64,000 nucleotides of DNA, from positions 129,617-193,616 of the forward strand of contig CBDBBV010000002.1 of NCBI GenBank assembly GCA_965203265.1. Reading direction: 5' to 3'. The notes beneath the pieces are model-generated. The model had not been told where the DNA came from. It saw only the letters and a list, made by a program, of their open reading frames with translations, and did not search any database. The DNA is from Candidatus Poriferihabitaceae bacterium. Lineage in GTDB: Bacteria > Pseudomonadota > Gammaproteobacteria > Arenicellales > Poriferihabitantaceae. The position numbers and the translations under genes were made by a program. Shown piece by piece: positions 13,959 through 23,772 of this stretch (positions within the stretch are counted from its first letter, which is position 1; each line of letters opens with the position of its first letter).

Positions 13959-15428
13959 GTGAGCGAAGAAAGCGAACAGCGCAGATTGCGGCGGGCAAAA
14001 TTGGCGGCACTGCGCGCCCGCGGCAACGCCTTTCCCAATGACTTCCGACGGGATGCGTTCGCCGGGGATTTGCACGAGAATTTCGCCGATGAGGAGGGGC
14101 GGCGGGTGAAGGTGGCTGGGCGGCTCATGTCCCAGCGCATCATGGGCCGGGTCGGCTTCGCCCACATCCGCGATATGAGCGGGCAGATTCAGCTGTTTGT
14201 GGCGCGGGATTCGTTGCCGCGCGGTATCTACGACGAGGAATTCAGGAAATACGACATCGGCGACATCATCGCCGCCGAGGGGACGCTCTTTCACACCCGA
14301 ACCGGCGAGCTCAGCGTGCGCGTGGAAACCATTCGCCTGCTGACCAAATCCCTGCGGCCGCTGCCGGAAAAATACCACGGCCTGAGCGACGCCGAAATGA
14401 AATATCGGCAGCGATATGTGGATCTGATCATGAGCGAGGAGACTCGCGAGGTTTTCAGGATTCGCGCCGCCACCATCCGCTATCTTCGGGAATTTCTCGA
14501 CCAACGGCGCTTTCTCGAGGTGGAAACGCCGATGATGCACCCCATCCCCGGAGGCGCCTTGGCGAGACCGTTTACCACCCACCACAACGCCCTTGACATG
14601 GAGTTGTTCCTGCGCGTCGCTCCGGAACTGTATTTGAAGCGGCTGGTGGTCGGCGGTTTCGAGCGCGTCTTCGAGATCAACCGCAATTTCAGGAACGAAG
14701 GCGTCAGCACCAAGCACAATCCCGAATTCACCATGCTGGAATTCTATCTGGGCTATGCGGATTATCGCGACCTGATGGAATTGACCGAGGAAATGATGCG
14801 CGGGCTGTGCCGCGCCGTGGTTGGCGACACGACGCTGGAATATCAGGGGTGTACCCTGAATTTTTCCCGCCCCTTCGCGCGGATGACCCTGCGCGAAGCG
14901 ATCCTTCACCACAACCCCGGCGTCGAGGCGGAACGATTGGATGATGCCGCCGCCATCGTCCCGCTCGCGCAAACCCTCGGGGTCGAGGTCGAGCCCGGTA
15001 GCGGGGTGGGCAAACTGCAAATGGACATCTTTGAAAAAACCGTCGAGGACAAGTTGATCGATCCGACCTTCATCACGGCCTATCCGGTGGAAGTCTCGCC
15101 GCTGTCTCGGCGAAACGACGAGCAGGCCGAAGTCAGCGACCGCTTCGAACTATTCGTCGCCGGGCGCGAAATCGCCAACGGCTTTTCCGAATTGAACGAT
15201 CCCGAGGATCAGGCCGCGCGCTTCCGCCGGCAATTCGAGCAGGCGCAGTCGGGAGGAGTCGAGGCCATGCACTTCGACGCCGACTATATCCGCGCCCTCG
15301 AATACGCCATGCCGCCGACCGCCGGCGAGGGCATCGGCGTCGACAGGTTGGTGATGCTGCTGACCGACAGCCCCTCGATCCGCGATGTGCTGCTATTCCC
15401 GCACATGCGGCGGGAAGCGGTTTCCTGA
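13959..15428 (+). CDS. lysS: lysine--tRNA ligase (class II)
   Basis: GTG start. OB-fold N-domain, class II motifs ([28 protein letters not shown]). Follows prfB as in E. coli. Confidence 0.95.
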   Translation: MSEESEQRRLRRAKLAALRARGNAFPNDFRRDAFAGDLHENFADEEGRRVKVAGRLMSQRIMGRVGFAHIRDMSGQIQLFVARDSLPRGIYDEEFRKYDIGDIIAAEGTLFHTRTGELSVRVETIRLLTKSLRPLPEKYHGLSDAEMKYRQRYVDLIMSEETREVFRIRAATIRYLREFLDQRRFLEVETPMMHPIPGGALARPFTTHHNALDMELFLRVAPELYLKRLVVGGFERVFEINRNFRNEGVSTKHNPEFTMLEFYLGYADYRDLMELTEEMMRGLCRAVVGDTTLEYQGCTLNFSRPFARMTLREAILHHNPGVEAERLDDAAAIVPLAQTLGVEVEPGSGVGKLQMDIFEKTVEDKLIDPTFITAYPVEVSPLSRRNDEQAEVSDRFELFVAGREIANGFSELNDPEDQAARFRRQFEQAQSGGVEAMHFDADYIRALEYAMPPTAGEGIGVDRLVMLLTDSPSIRDVLLFPHMRREAVS

Positions 15429-16693
15429 TGCCCGTGCCGCCTTCGATGAAACTACCGCTGGCGCTTTTCATCGGCCTGCGCTACACCCGGGCGAGGCGGC
15501 GCAATCATTTCATCTCGTTCATCACCATGATCTCCATGGCGGGGATCATCCTCGGGGTATGGGCGCTGATCACGGTGATGTCGATCATGAACGGCTTTCA
15601 TGCGGATCTGCGCGATCGCATTTTGTTCGTGGTTTCCCATGTAACGGTGAGCGATTACGGCGGGCGCCTCGGCGACTGGCAGGCCGCCTCCGACCGGATC
15701 GCCGGCCACCCGCAGGTGCAGGCTCAGGCGCCGTACATCCTCGGTCAGGGCATGCTCACCAAGGGCACGCGGGCGACCGGGGCGCTCATCCGTGGAATAT
15801 CGCCGCAACGGGAGCGCGAGGTGTCGGCGGTGTTGGATCACATCGTCGCCGGCAGTGCCGACGCCCTCCGCCCCGGCGGCTTCGGCATCATTCTGGGAGA
15901 CACGCTGGCGAGATCGCTGGGCGTGTCTCTGGGCGGCAAGGTTACGCTGGTCGCGCCCAAGGGCAAGGTGACTCCGGCGGGCCTGCTGCCGCGGTTGAAG
16001 CGCTTCACCGTGGTCGGCCTGTTTCGCATCGACATGCACGAATACGACAGCGGCATCGCCCTCATCCATATCGAAGATGCCGCCAGATTGTTCGGCGAGG
16101 TGGGCGAGGTCAGCGGACTGCGGCTGAAACTTGCGGATGTGGAGCAGGCGCGCCCGGTGCGGCGGCAACTGGCGCAACAGTTGGGTGCGGCCTACCAGCT
16201 GCGCGACTGGACCATGGAGCACGCCAATTTCTTCCGCGCCTTGGAGATCGAAAAGCGGGTGGTGTTCATCGTGCTGCTGCTGATCATCGCGGTGGCCGCC
16301 TTCAATATCGTCTCCACGCTGGTGATGATCGTAACCGACAAACAGCCCGAAGTGGCGATTCTCAGGACCCTGGGGCTGAGTCCGGCCGGCGTCATGAAGG
16401 TGTTCATGGTGCAGGGGGCGGTGATCGGCGTGGTCGGCACGCTGCTGGGCGGCATCTTGGGGGTGATCACCGCCCTCAATGTAGATGTGATCATTCCGGC
16501 GTTGGAGAGATTCTTCAACACCGAGTTATTCCCCATCGATGTATATCTGATCAGCGACTTCCCCGCGCAGATGCGCTGGTCCGATGTGTCGCGCATCGTT
16601 CTGGCGGCGCTGGCGATGAGTTTCCTCGCGACTCTCTACCCGGCGTGGAAGGCGTCCGGAGTCCAGCCCGCCGAGGCGCTGCGGTACGAATGA
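15428..16693 (+). CDS. lolC: lipoprotein-releasing ABC transporter permease (LolC/LolE family)
   Basis: [21 protein letters not shown]-terminus, MacB-like periplasmic domain, C-terminal FtsX 3-TM bundle. Alternative start ATG 15446. The ATG overlaps the lysS stop. Confidence 0.88.
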   Translation: MPVPPSMKLPLALFIGLRYTRARRRNHFISFITMISMAGIILGVWALITVMSIMNGFHADLRDRILFVVSHVTVSDYGGRLGDWQAASDRIAGHPQVQAQAPYILGQGMLTKGTRATGALIRGISPQREREVSAVLDHIVAGSADALRPGGFGIILGDTLARSLGVSLGGKVTLVAPKGKVTPAGLLPRLKRFTVVGLFRIDMHEYDSGIALIHIEDAARLFGEVGEVSGLRLKLADVEQARPVRRQLAQQLGAAYQLRDWTMEHANFFRALEIEKRVVFIVLLLIIAVAAFNIVSTLVMIVTDKQPEVAILRTLGLSPAGVMKVFMVQGAVIGVVGTLLGGILGVITALNVDVIIPALERFFNTELFPIDVYLISDFPAQMRWSDVSRIVLAALAMSFLATLYPAWKASGVQPAEALRYE

Positions 16694-17394
16694 GCGAGGC
16701 GGTGCTCCAGTGTCGGCGAGTTTCCAAGGTGTTCGGGCAGGGCGCGCTCAGTGACCTCAGCGCCCTTAGCGTGCGCGCGCTCAGCGAAGTCAGCCTCGCC
16801 GTCGAGGCGGGCGAGAGATTGGCGATCGTCGGCGCCTCGGGTTCCGGCAAGACCACGTTGCTGCACCTGCTCGGCGGGCTGGCCAAGCCCTCCGGCGGCG
16901 TGGTGTTGGTGGAGGGGCAGGACATCAATCGCCTCGGCTCCAGAGCGGCGGGGGAGCTGCGAAACCGCGCCCTCGGATTCGTCTACCAGTTCCACCATCT
17001 GCTGGCGGAATTCACCGCCCTCGAGAATGTTGCCATGCCGCTGCTGATTCGGCGCGCGCCGCGCGAGCAGGCGTTTGCGCAGGCCAACGAGATTCTGCAT
17101 CTCGTCGGACTCGCCCACCGCATCGCCCACAAGCCGGGGGAGTTGTCGGGAGGCGAACGGCAACGCGCCGCCGTGGCTCGAGCCATGGTAACCCGCCCGA
17201 AGTGCATTCTGGCGGATGAGCCGACCGGCAATCTGGACACGAAAACCGCCGAATCCATTCACGATCTGCTGCTCGAGCTCAATCGGGCGTTCGCTACCAG
17301 TTTGGTGGTGGCGACTCACGATCTTGCCTTGGCGCGGAAGATGGAGCGGGTGGTGACGCTCGCGGACGGCGCCGTCTCGCCGCCATCGCCATAG
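16690..17394 (+). CDS. lolD: lipoprotein-releasing system ATP-binding protein
   Basis: Walker [10 protein letters not shown], signature LSGGERQR, Walker [16 protein letters not shown] overlap with lolC. It is the 3' third of the long ORF 15385..17394. Confidence 0.92.
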   Translation: MSEAVLQCRRVSKVFGQGALSDLSALSVRALSEVSLAVEAGERLAIVGASGSGKTTLLHLLGGLAKPSGGVVLVEGQDINRLGSRAAGELRNRALGFVYQFHHLLAEFTALENVAMPLLIRRAPREQAFAQANEILHLVGLAHRIAHKPGELSGGERQRAAVARAMVTRPKCILADEPTGNLDTKTAESIHDLLLELNRAFATSLVVATHDLALARKMERVVTLADGAVSPPSP

Positions 17395-17472
17395 CGCGAG
17401 CCGGATTTGGCAATCGCCGCGCCTGCCCCCATAATGATACCCGGTGTCGAACCCCTCATTGCCGCATAGCCC

Positions 17473-19902
17473 GTGGACGATCGCGACGAACAAAATCCCG
17501 AAACATCCGACAGCCCCGCCGAGGCGGCCACGGAACTCGCCCGGCTCGCGGACATCCTGCCCGGTGCCCTCAACCTGATTCCCCTCGAACAGAAGCCGTT
17601 TTTCCCGGGGCAGGTGCTGCCGCTGATTCTCGACTCGCGCAAATGGAGCGAAACCCTGAAGCAGGCGCACCGCTCGGGGCACGGCTCGGTCGGCGTGGTG
17701 TTCACCGGCGGCGTCAGCCCGGATGCGGTCGGACACACCGATTTCCGCGCCATGGGGACGGTGTGCAAGATTCACCAGATCGAGCGGCACGAGGCGCAAC
17801 TGCATGCCGTACTCGCCGGAATGCAGCGTTTTCGCATCGACCGGTGGATATCGAAGAAGCGGCCGTTCCGCGCTCAGGTCAGTTATTTTCCGGAGCTCAG
17901 CCCCAAGGAAACCACCGAGATCAAGGCCTACACCACCGCCATCGTCAACATCATCAAGGAACTCCTGCCGCTCAACCCGATGTACGGCGAGGAATTGAAG
18001 ATGTTCCTGAATTATTTCGGCACCAGCGAGCCGTCCCGTCTGGCGGATTTCGGCGCCAGTTTGACCACCGCCGACGCCGCCGAGATGCAGGAAATTCTGG
18101 AGACCGTGGATTTGCTGCCGAGAATGGAAAAAACGCTGGTGCTGCTGCAAAAGGAGGTGGAGATCGCCAAGGCGCAAACGGAAATTCGCCAACATGTCGA
18201 AAGCGAATTGAACCAGCGTCAACGGGAAATGGTTCTGCGCGAGCAGCTCAAGTTCATCCAGTCCGAGCTGGGTATTTCCAAGGACGACCGGCAGAGCGAG
18301 ATCGAAGCCTTTCGGGAAAAAATCAAGGACTACCGGATGCCGCCTCAGGCCGGTGAACGAATCGAGCAGGAGTTGGAGAAACTGTCCGTGCTGGAGCGGG
18401 GCTCGCCGGAATATACCGTCACGCGCAATTACCTCGACTGGCTGGTGAGCGTGCCGTGGGGGGTGTTCAGCGAGGACTCCCTCGATCTGAATCTGGCGGA
18501 AAAAATCCTCGATGCCGACCACGAGGGCCTGGAGGAAGTGAAGCGGCGAATCCTCGAATTCATCGCGGTGGGCACCATGCGGGGGAAGATCGCCGGATCG
18601 ATATTGCTGCTGGTGGGCCCGCCCGGAGTCGGCAAGACCTCGCTGGGGCGTTCGGTGGCGGCCGCTCTGGGGCGGAAATTCTTTCGCTTTTCGCTGGGCG
18701 GCATGCACGACGAAGCGGAGATAAAAGGCCACCGGCGCACCTATATCGGCGCCATGCCGGGGAAATTCATTCAGGCTCTGCGCGAGTGCAAGACCGCCAA
18801 TGCGGTGATCATGCTGGATGAAATCGACAAGATCGGCACCTCCTTTCGCGGCGACCCGGCCTCGGCGCTGCTGGAGGTGCTCGACCCCGAGCAGAATCGG
18901 GACTTCCTCGACCACTATCTCGATGTGCGCGTCGATCTGTCCAATGTGCTGTTCATCTGCACCGCCAACCAGATCGACACCATCCCCGGCCCGCTGATCG
19001 ATCGCATGGAAAGCGTCCGTCTTTCGGGCTATCTGGCGACGGAAAAGATCGCCATCGCCAGAAAACACCTGCTGCCTCGCCAACTGGCGCGCGCCGGCCT
19101 GAAGGCGCGAGGGCAGCTGCGCATCGACACCGCGGCGCTACGCAAGATCACCGAGCAATATGCGCGCGAGGCGGGCGTGCGCAAACTGGAGAAAATGCTG
19201 GGTTCCATCGCGCGCAAGGCGGCGATGAAGCTGCTGAAGAAGGAAACGGCGCCGATTCGCGTGACCGCGCGCGGTTTGGAAGAATATCTGGGCAAGCCGG
19301 TGTTCGCCGCCGGTCGGCGGATTCACGGGGTCGGCGTGGTTACCGGCTTGGCTTGGACCGCGCTGGGCGGCGCCACGCTGGATGTGGAGGCGTCCGGCGT
19401 GCACGATTTCGGTCGCGGCCTCAAACTCACCGGGCAGCTCGGCAATGTCATGAAGGAATCCGCCGAAATTGCCTACAGTTATGTGGTGGGCAATGCCGAG
19501 CGGCTGGGGGTGGAGAAATCGTTCTTCGAGAAGGCGACGATCCACCTGCATGTCCCCGCCGGCGCCACCCCCAAGGACGGGCCGAGCGCCGGCATCACCA
19601 TGGTCACCGCCCTCATTTCTCTGGCGAAAAACCGCCGAGTTGCGAAATCTCTGGCCATGAGCGGTGAAATTTCCCTGACCGGCCAAGTGCTGCCCGTCGG
19701 CGGCATCAAGGAGAAAGTTATCGCCGCAAGACGAATGAAAATCCGCCGTCTGCTGCTGCCCCACGCCAACCGGGGCGACTACGAGACGCTCCCGGCGCAC
19801 GTCCGCAAAGGGATTCAGGTCGATTTCGTCTCGACCTACGACGAAGTGTTGGCACCCTGTTTCGGGCGCGGCGCGGCGGGGAAATCCTCGTTTCGCCGGT
19901 GA
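17473..19902 (+). CDS. lon: ATP-dependent Lon protease
   Basis: Lon N-domain (PLEQKPFFPGQVLPLIL), AAA+ Walker A GPPGVGKTS, and catalytic serine loop KDGPSAGIT. GTG start. Confidence 0.94.
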   Translation: MDDRDEQNPETSDSPAEAATELARLADILPGALNLIPLEQKPFFPGQVLPLILDSRKWSETLKQAHRSGHGSVGVVFTGGVSPDAVGHTDFRAMGTVCKIHQIERHEAQLHAVLAGMQRFRIDRWISKKRPFRAQVSYFPELSPKETTEIKAYTTAIVNIIKELLPLNPMYGEELKMFLNYFGTSEPSRLADFGASLTTADAAEMQEILETVDLLPRMEKTLVLLQKEVEIAKAQTEIRQHVESELNQRQREMVLREQLKFIQSELGISKDDRQSEIEAFREKIKDYRMPPQAGERIEQELEKLSVLERGSPEYTVTRNYLDWLVSVPWGVFSEDSLDLNLAEKILDADHEGLEEVKRRILEFIAVGTMRGKIAGSILLLVGPPGVGKTSLGRSVAAALGRKFFRFSLGGMHDEAEIKGHRRTYIGAMPGKFIQALRECKTANAVIMLDEIDKIGTSFRGDPASALLEVLDPEQNRDFLDHYLDVRVDLSNVLFICTANQIDTIPGPLIDRMESVRLSGYLATEKIAIARKHLLPRQLARAGLKARGQLRIDTAALRKITEQYAREAGVRKLEKMLGSIARKAAMKLLKKETAPIRVTARGLEEYLGKPVFAAGRRIHGVGVVTGLAWTALGGATLDVEASGVHDFGRGLKLTGQLGNVMKESAEIAYSYVVGNAERLGVEKSFFEKATIHLHVPAGATPKDGPSAGITMVTALISLAKNRRVAKSLAMSGEISLTGQVLPVGGIKEKVIAARRMKIRRLLLPHANRGDYETLPAHVRKGIQVDFVSTYDEVLAPCFGRGAAGKSSFRR

Positions 19903-20077
19903 GGGGAAAGTCGTTCGTAAGTGGTTTTGCCGGAAGGCCGTTTCCCCGTTTTCCGTTGAAATTCGGGCTCACCGGTGCCAAACAAAGCCATTCTTTGCCA
20001 TAATTCGGCCTCTGTTCCCGAATAATTTCCCCTCATTCCAGTATGTCGGACGCGAAATTTTTTATTTAAAATAGGTC

Positions 20078-20106
20078 TTGCATTTTTTTTCGCGACGCAG
20101 TATGTT
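20078..20106 (+). promoter_or_regulatory. candidate sigma70 promoter for the ABC importer operon (TTGCAT-N17-TATGTT)
   Basis: -35 TTGCAT at 20078-20083, 17-nt spacer, -10 TATGTT at 20101-20106. Preceded by an A/T-rich UP-like stretch (AAATTTTTTATTTAAAATAGG). About 80 nt upstream of ATG 20186. Confidence 0.4.
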
Positions 20107-20185
20107 GCCCACTCATGGGTCCGAGGCACTGCCGATTTGGACTGAAACTTTACATATTCACATCAAATTTTTGGAGGTAGAACCG

Positions 20186-21772
20186 ATGAAAAAGATTGAC
20201 AAGTTGCAAAGTGAACTTAAGGCGGGGCGAATCTCCCGCCGCGAGTTCGTACAGGCCGCGTCGGTGCTAGGCTTGGCGGCGGTTGCGCCAAGCGTGTTCA
20301 ACACCGCGCAGGCGATGCCGAAAAAAGGTGGGAAACTGACCGCCGGTCTTGGGCATGGCGACACCAACGATTCCTTCGATCCCGGAACCTGGGCGAACGA
20401 TTTCGATTATGCTGCCGGACATGCCTGGAGCAACCACCTCACCGAAATCGACAACAATGGCAACCTCATCCCCGAGTTGGCGGAAAGTTGGGAAGCCTCT
20501 CCCGACGCCAAGAACTGGACGTTCGCCCTGCGTAGCGGCGTAGAGTTTCACAACGGCAAATCGCTTACCGCTCAGGATGTGGTGGATTCGATCAATCACC
20601 ACCGAGGCGAGGATTCCACATCCGCCATCAAGGATCAGCTCGCGCAGATCACCGAACTCAAGGCGGACGGCAATCGTGTGATGTTCGCTCTGAGCGGCGG
20701 CAATGCCGATCTTCCGTTCCTGCTGGCTACTCCTCATCTGGTGGTTATGCCGAGCAAGGACGGGAAATCCGATTGGTCCGAAGCCGTTGGAACCGGTGGG
20801 TACATGGTCGAGGAATTCGAGCCGGGCGTGCGCCTCAAACTCACCCGCAATCCCAACTACTGGAAGGAGGGTCGAGGGCACTTCGATGAAGTCGAGATTC
20901 TCACCATCGCCGATGTTTCATCTCGCACCAATGCCCTGACCACCGGAGAAATCGATCTGATGGATCGTTGCGAGATCAAGACTATCCACCTGTTGGAGCG
21001 CAACAAAGATGTTACGGTTGAGAAATTGGATGGCCCCGGCTATTACTCCGTACCAATGCGCACCAATCTCGCGCCGTTCAACGACAACAATGTTCGCATG
21101 GCGCTGAAATACGGTCTCGACCGTGAAGCCATCCTGCAAACCATATTGCGCGGATACGGCTCCCTCGGTAACGATCATCCCATCAGCGGCGCCTATCGCT
21201 ATTTCGATTCCGAACTGGAGCAGCGGCCATATGATCCCGATCGGTCGAAGTACTACCTGAAGCAGGCCGGCCTGTCCGAGCTTACGGTTACTATGGCTGC
21301 CGCGGATGCCGCTTTTGGCGGTGCCGTAGATGCCGCGGTGCTGTATAAGGAGCATGCCGCCAAATCCGGAATCACCATCAATGTGGAGCGTGTGCCCAGC
21401 GATGGCTATTGGAACAATGTCTGGAATACCGACAATTATGGTTGGGCCATGTCCTATTGGTCCGGTCGTCCCACTGAAGACGAGATATTCTCCGTCGCAT
21501 TTGCGGCAGATTCCGATTGGAATGAATCCGAATGGCAGAATGCGGATTTCAATCGCCTGCTGGTGGCTGCGCGTGCCGAACTGGATGACGCCAAGCGTCG
21601 CGACATGTATGGGGAAATGCAGCGGCTGGCGCGGGATGATAGCGGTGTGGTTGTTCCGGTATTCAACAACTTCATCCATGCCAGGTCCAACGATATCGCC
21701 CATGACGAGAACATGGGGGCGAACCATGCCACCGATGGTGCGCGATTTGTAGAAAGATGGTGGCGCGTCTGA
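20186..21772 (+). CDS. ABC transporter substrate-binding protein, family 5 (peptide/nickel/opine type), Tat-type signal
   Basis: GGAGG SD 8 nt upstream. Twin-arginine-like signal ISRREFVQAASVLGLAAVAP..AQA. SBP_bac_5-like body. Confidence 0.85.
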   Translation: MKKIDKLQSELKAGRISRREFVQAASVLGLAAVAPSVFNTAQAMPKKGGKLTAGLGHGDTNDSFDPGTWANDFDYAAGHAWSNHLTEIDNNGNLIPELAESWEASPDAKNWTFALRSGVEFHNGKSLTAQDVVDSINHHRGEDSTSAIKDQLAQITELKADGNRVMFALSGGNADLPFLLATPHLVVMPSKDGKSDWSEAVGTGGYMVEEFEPGVRLKLTRNPNYWKEGRGHFDEVEILTIADVSSRTNALTTGEIDLMDRCEIKTIHLLERNKDVTVEKLDGPGYYSVPMRTNLAPFNDNNVRMALKYGLDREAILQTILRGYGSLGNDHPISGAYRYFDSELEQRPYDPDRSKYYLKQAGLSELTVTMAAADAAFGGAVDAAVLYKEHAAKSGITINVERVPSDGYWNNVWNTDNYGWAMSYWSGRPTEDEIFSVAFAADSDWNESEWQNADFNRLLVAARAELDDAKRRDMYGEMQRLARDDSGVVVPVFNNFIHARSNDIAHDENMGANHATDGARFVERWWRV

Positions 21773-21814
21773 TTCGGCGCTGATCCATTAGTGGTGATTT
21801 TGCCTCAACCGCGC

Positions 21815-21854
21815 GCCTTGCTTGTCTTGTTTTCCAAGATGCCAAGAGCAAGGC
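21815..21854 (+). promoter_or_regulatory. intercistronic stem-loop between the SBP gene and the first permease gene
   Basis: GCCTTGC...GCAAGGC (7 bp perfect, extended by imperfect TCTTG/CCAAGA pairing). This is the typical position of mRNA-stabilising or attenuating hairpins after SBP genes. Confidence 0.35.
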
Positions 21855-21895
21855 GTAGCGGTTGTCCCATTTTACATAGCCCGGAGTAATCGACC

Positions 21896-22879
21896 GTGAA
21901 CGACATACTCAGAATGTTGGCTCAAAACGACATACTCCGGATGTTGGCTCAACGATTGTCGCTCGGCGTGCTTACATTGTTCGTCGTCTCGTTGATCATA
22001 TTCCTCGGCGTCAGCATGCTTCCCGGGGACGCCGCCCAAGTCATGTTGGGTCAGGCGGCGACGCCGGAAACCGTGGCCGCGCTTCGTGTGCAGATGGGCC
22101 TCGATCAACCGGGTTACATTCGCTATTTCTCTTGGCTTGGCGGTGTTCTTCAGGGAGATTTCGGCATTTCGATAGGCAACAAACGAGAAATCGCCGAACT
22201 GCTCGGCTGGCGGTTCGCCAACACGCTGTTTCTCGCAGTGCTGGCGGCCGTCATCTCTGTGCCCATCGCCCTGACCCTCGGCGTCCTCGCGGCGCTCTAC
22301 CGCAACAGCGTCTACGACCGCACGGTCAACGTGGTCACCCTGTCATCCATATCCACCCCGGAGTTTTTCGTCGCCTATATCCTCATTCTGGTATTTGCGG
22401 TGCAACTCGGGTGGTTCCCCAGCTTGGTCAATGTCGGCTCGGATACGCCGTTCCTCGAGCGGGTGTACGCCTGCATCCTGCCGGCGACGACCCTCACGCT
22501 GGTGGTGGTAGCCCATATGATGCGCATGACGCGGGCGGCGATCATCAACCTGCTGGCGAGCCCGTACATTGAAATGGCGGCGCTCAAGGGAATTCCCAGA
22601 AGGCAGATCATCGTGCGCCATGCGCTGCCCAATGCGTGGGCGCCGATCATCAACGTCATCGTCATCAATCTGGCGTATCTGATCGTCGGCGTGGTGCTGG
22701 TCGAGGTGGTGTTCGTCTATCCCGGTTTGGGGCAGCTGTTGGTGGATGCGGTGCGACAGCGGGATCTGCCGGTGGTGCAGGCGTGTAGTTTGATCTTCGC
22801 CGCCACATATGTGTTGCTGAATCTGACCGCGGACATCCTTTCCATTCTCACCAATCCGAGGTTGCTTCATCCAAAATGA
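21896..22879 (+). CDS. ABC transporter permease (DppB/OppB-like)
   Basis: BPD_transp_1 fold and six TM segments by eye. GTG start with GGAG 9 nt upstream; in-frame ATGs at 21914 and 21941 are alternatives. Confidence 0.88.
   Translation: MNDILRMLAQNDILRMLAQRLSLGVLTLFVVSLIIFLGVSMLPGDAAQVMLGQAATPETVAALRVQMGLDQPGYIRYFSWLGGVLQGDFGISIGNKREIAELLGWRFANTLFLAVLAAVISVPIALTLGVLAALYRNSVYDRTVNVVTLSSISTPEFFVAYILILVFAVQLGWFPSLVNVGSDTPFLERVYACILPATTLTLVVVAHMMRMTRAAIINLLASPYIEMAALKGIPRRQIIVRHALPNAWAPIINVIVINLAYLIVGVVLVEVVFVYPGLGQLLVDAVRQRDLPVVQACSLIFAATYVLLNLTADILSILTNPRLLHPK
21899..21952 (+). repeat. 27-nt in-frame tandem duplication (2 copies) at codons 2-19 of the permease gene
   Basis: AACGACATACTCAGAATGTTGGCTCAA (21899-21925) and AACGACATACTCCGGATGTTGGCTCAA (21926-21952). 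25/27 identical; both encode NDILRMLAQ. Confidence 0.95.
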
Positions 22880-23772
22880 CGGAACCGACCCATACCGATC
22901 CGAGCGAAGCGGTTTCCCCGCCAAGAAGCCAGAGCCAGATGGCAGTTGCTTGGCGGGAGCTAAAAAAGGCGCCATTCACCGCCCAGTTCGGGCTTGTCGT
23001 GATACTCGTCTACATTTTCGTGGCGATATTCGCACCGATTCTCGCGCCGCACGGGGAATCCGAAATTGTCGGGGTGGAGTTTGCGCCGTGGGGCGAAGGC
23101 TTTATCCTCGGTACCGACAATCTCGGCCGCGACACGCTGACTCGCCTGATCTACGGCGCCCGAAACACCGTCGGCATCGCCTTCATCACCACCCTGCTGG
23201 CGTTCTTTCTAGGCGGTATCGCCGGCATCATGGCGGCGGTATTGGGCGGTTGGTACGACCAGCTGACCAGCCGCACCGTGGATGTATTGATGGCCATTCC
23301 CGCCCTCATCTTCGCCATGTTGTTGCTCACCATCTTCGGCACCTCGATACCGACCCTCATCGTGGTCATCGGTGTGCTCGATTCCACCCGAGTGTTTCGC
23401 ATTTCCCGCGCGGTGAGCGTCAACGTGGTGGTGATGGACTACATCGAGTCGGCCAGATTACGAGGCGAGAGGGTAATCTGGATCACATGCAAGGAAGTCC
23501 TGCCCAACATCATGCCGCCGCTGGTGGCCGAATTCGGTCTGCGTTTCTGCTTCGTCTTCCTCACCATCAGCGCGCTCAGCTTCCTCGGGCTCGGCATTCA
23601 GCCACCCTCCGCCGACTGGGGCTCCATGGTGCGAGACAACGCCACGCTGATCACCTACGGCGATGTTACCCCGTTGTTGCCGGCGGCTGCGATTGCGTTG
23701 TTGACCATCGGCGTCAATTTCGTGGTTGACTGGTTCCTGCACAAGACGAGTGGATTGAAGGATGAACACTGA
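22876..23772 (+). CDS. ABC transporter permease (DppC/OppC-like)
   Basis: ATGA overlap with the preceding permease. LGTDNLGRD motif typical of OppC/DppC N-terminal regions. Confidence 0.88.
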   Translation: MTEPTHTDPSEAVSPPRSQSQMAVAWRELKKAPFTAQFGLVVILVYIFVAIFAPILAPHGESEIVGVEFAPWGEGFILGTDNLGRDTLTRLIYGARNTVGIAFITTLLAFFLGGIAGIMAAVLGGWYDQLTSRTVDVLMAIPALIFAMLLLTIFGTSIPTLIVVIGVLDSTRVFRISRAVSVNVVVMDYIESARLRGERVIWITCKEVLPNIMPPLVAEFGLRFCFVFLTISALSFLGLGIQPPSADWGSMVRDNATLITYGDVTPLLPAAAIALLTIGVNFVVDWFLHKTSGLKDEH

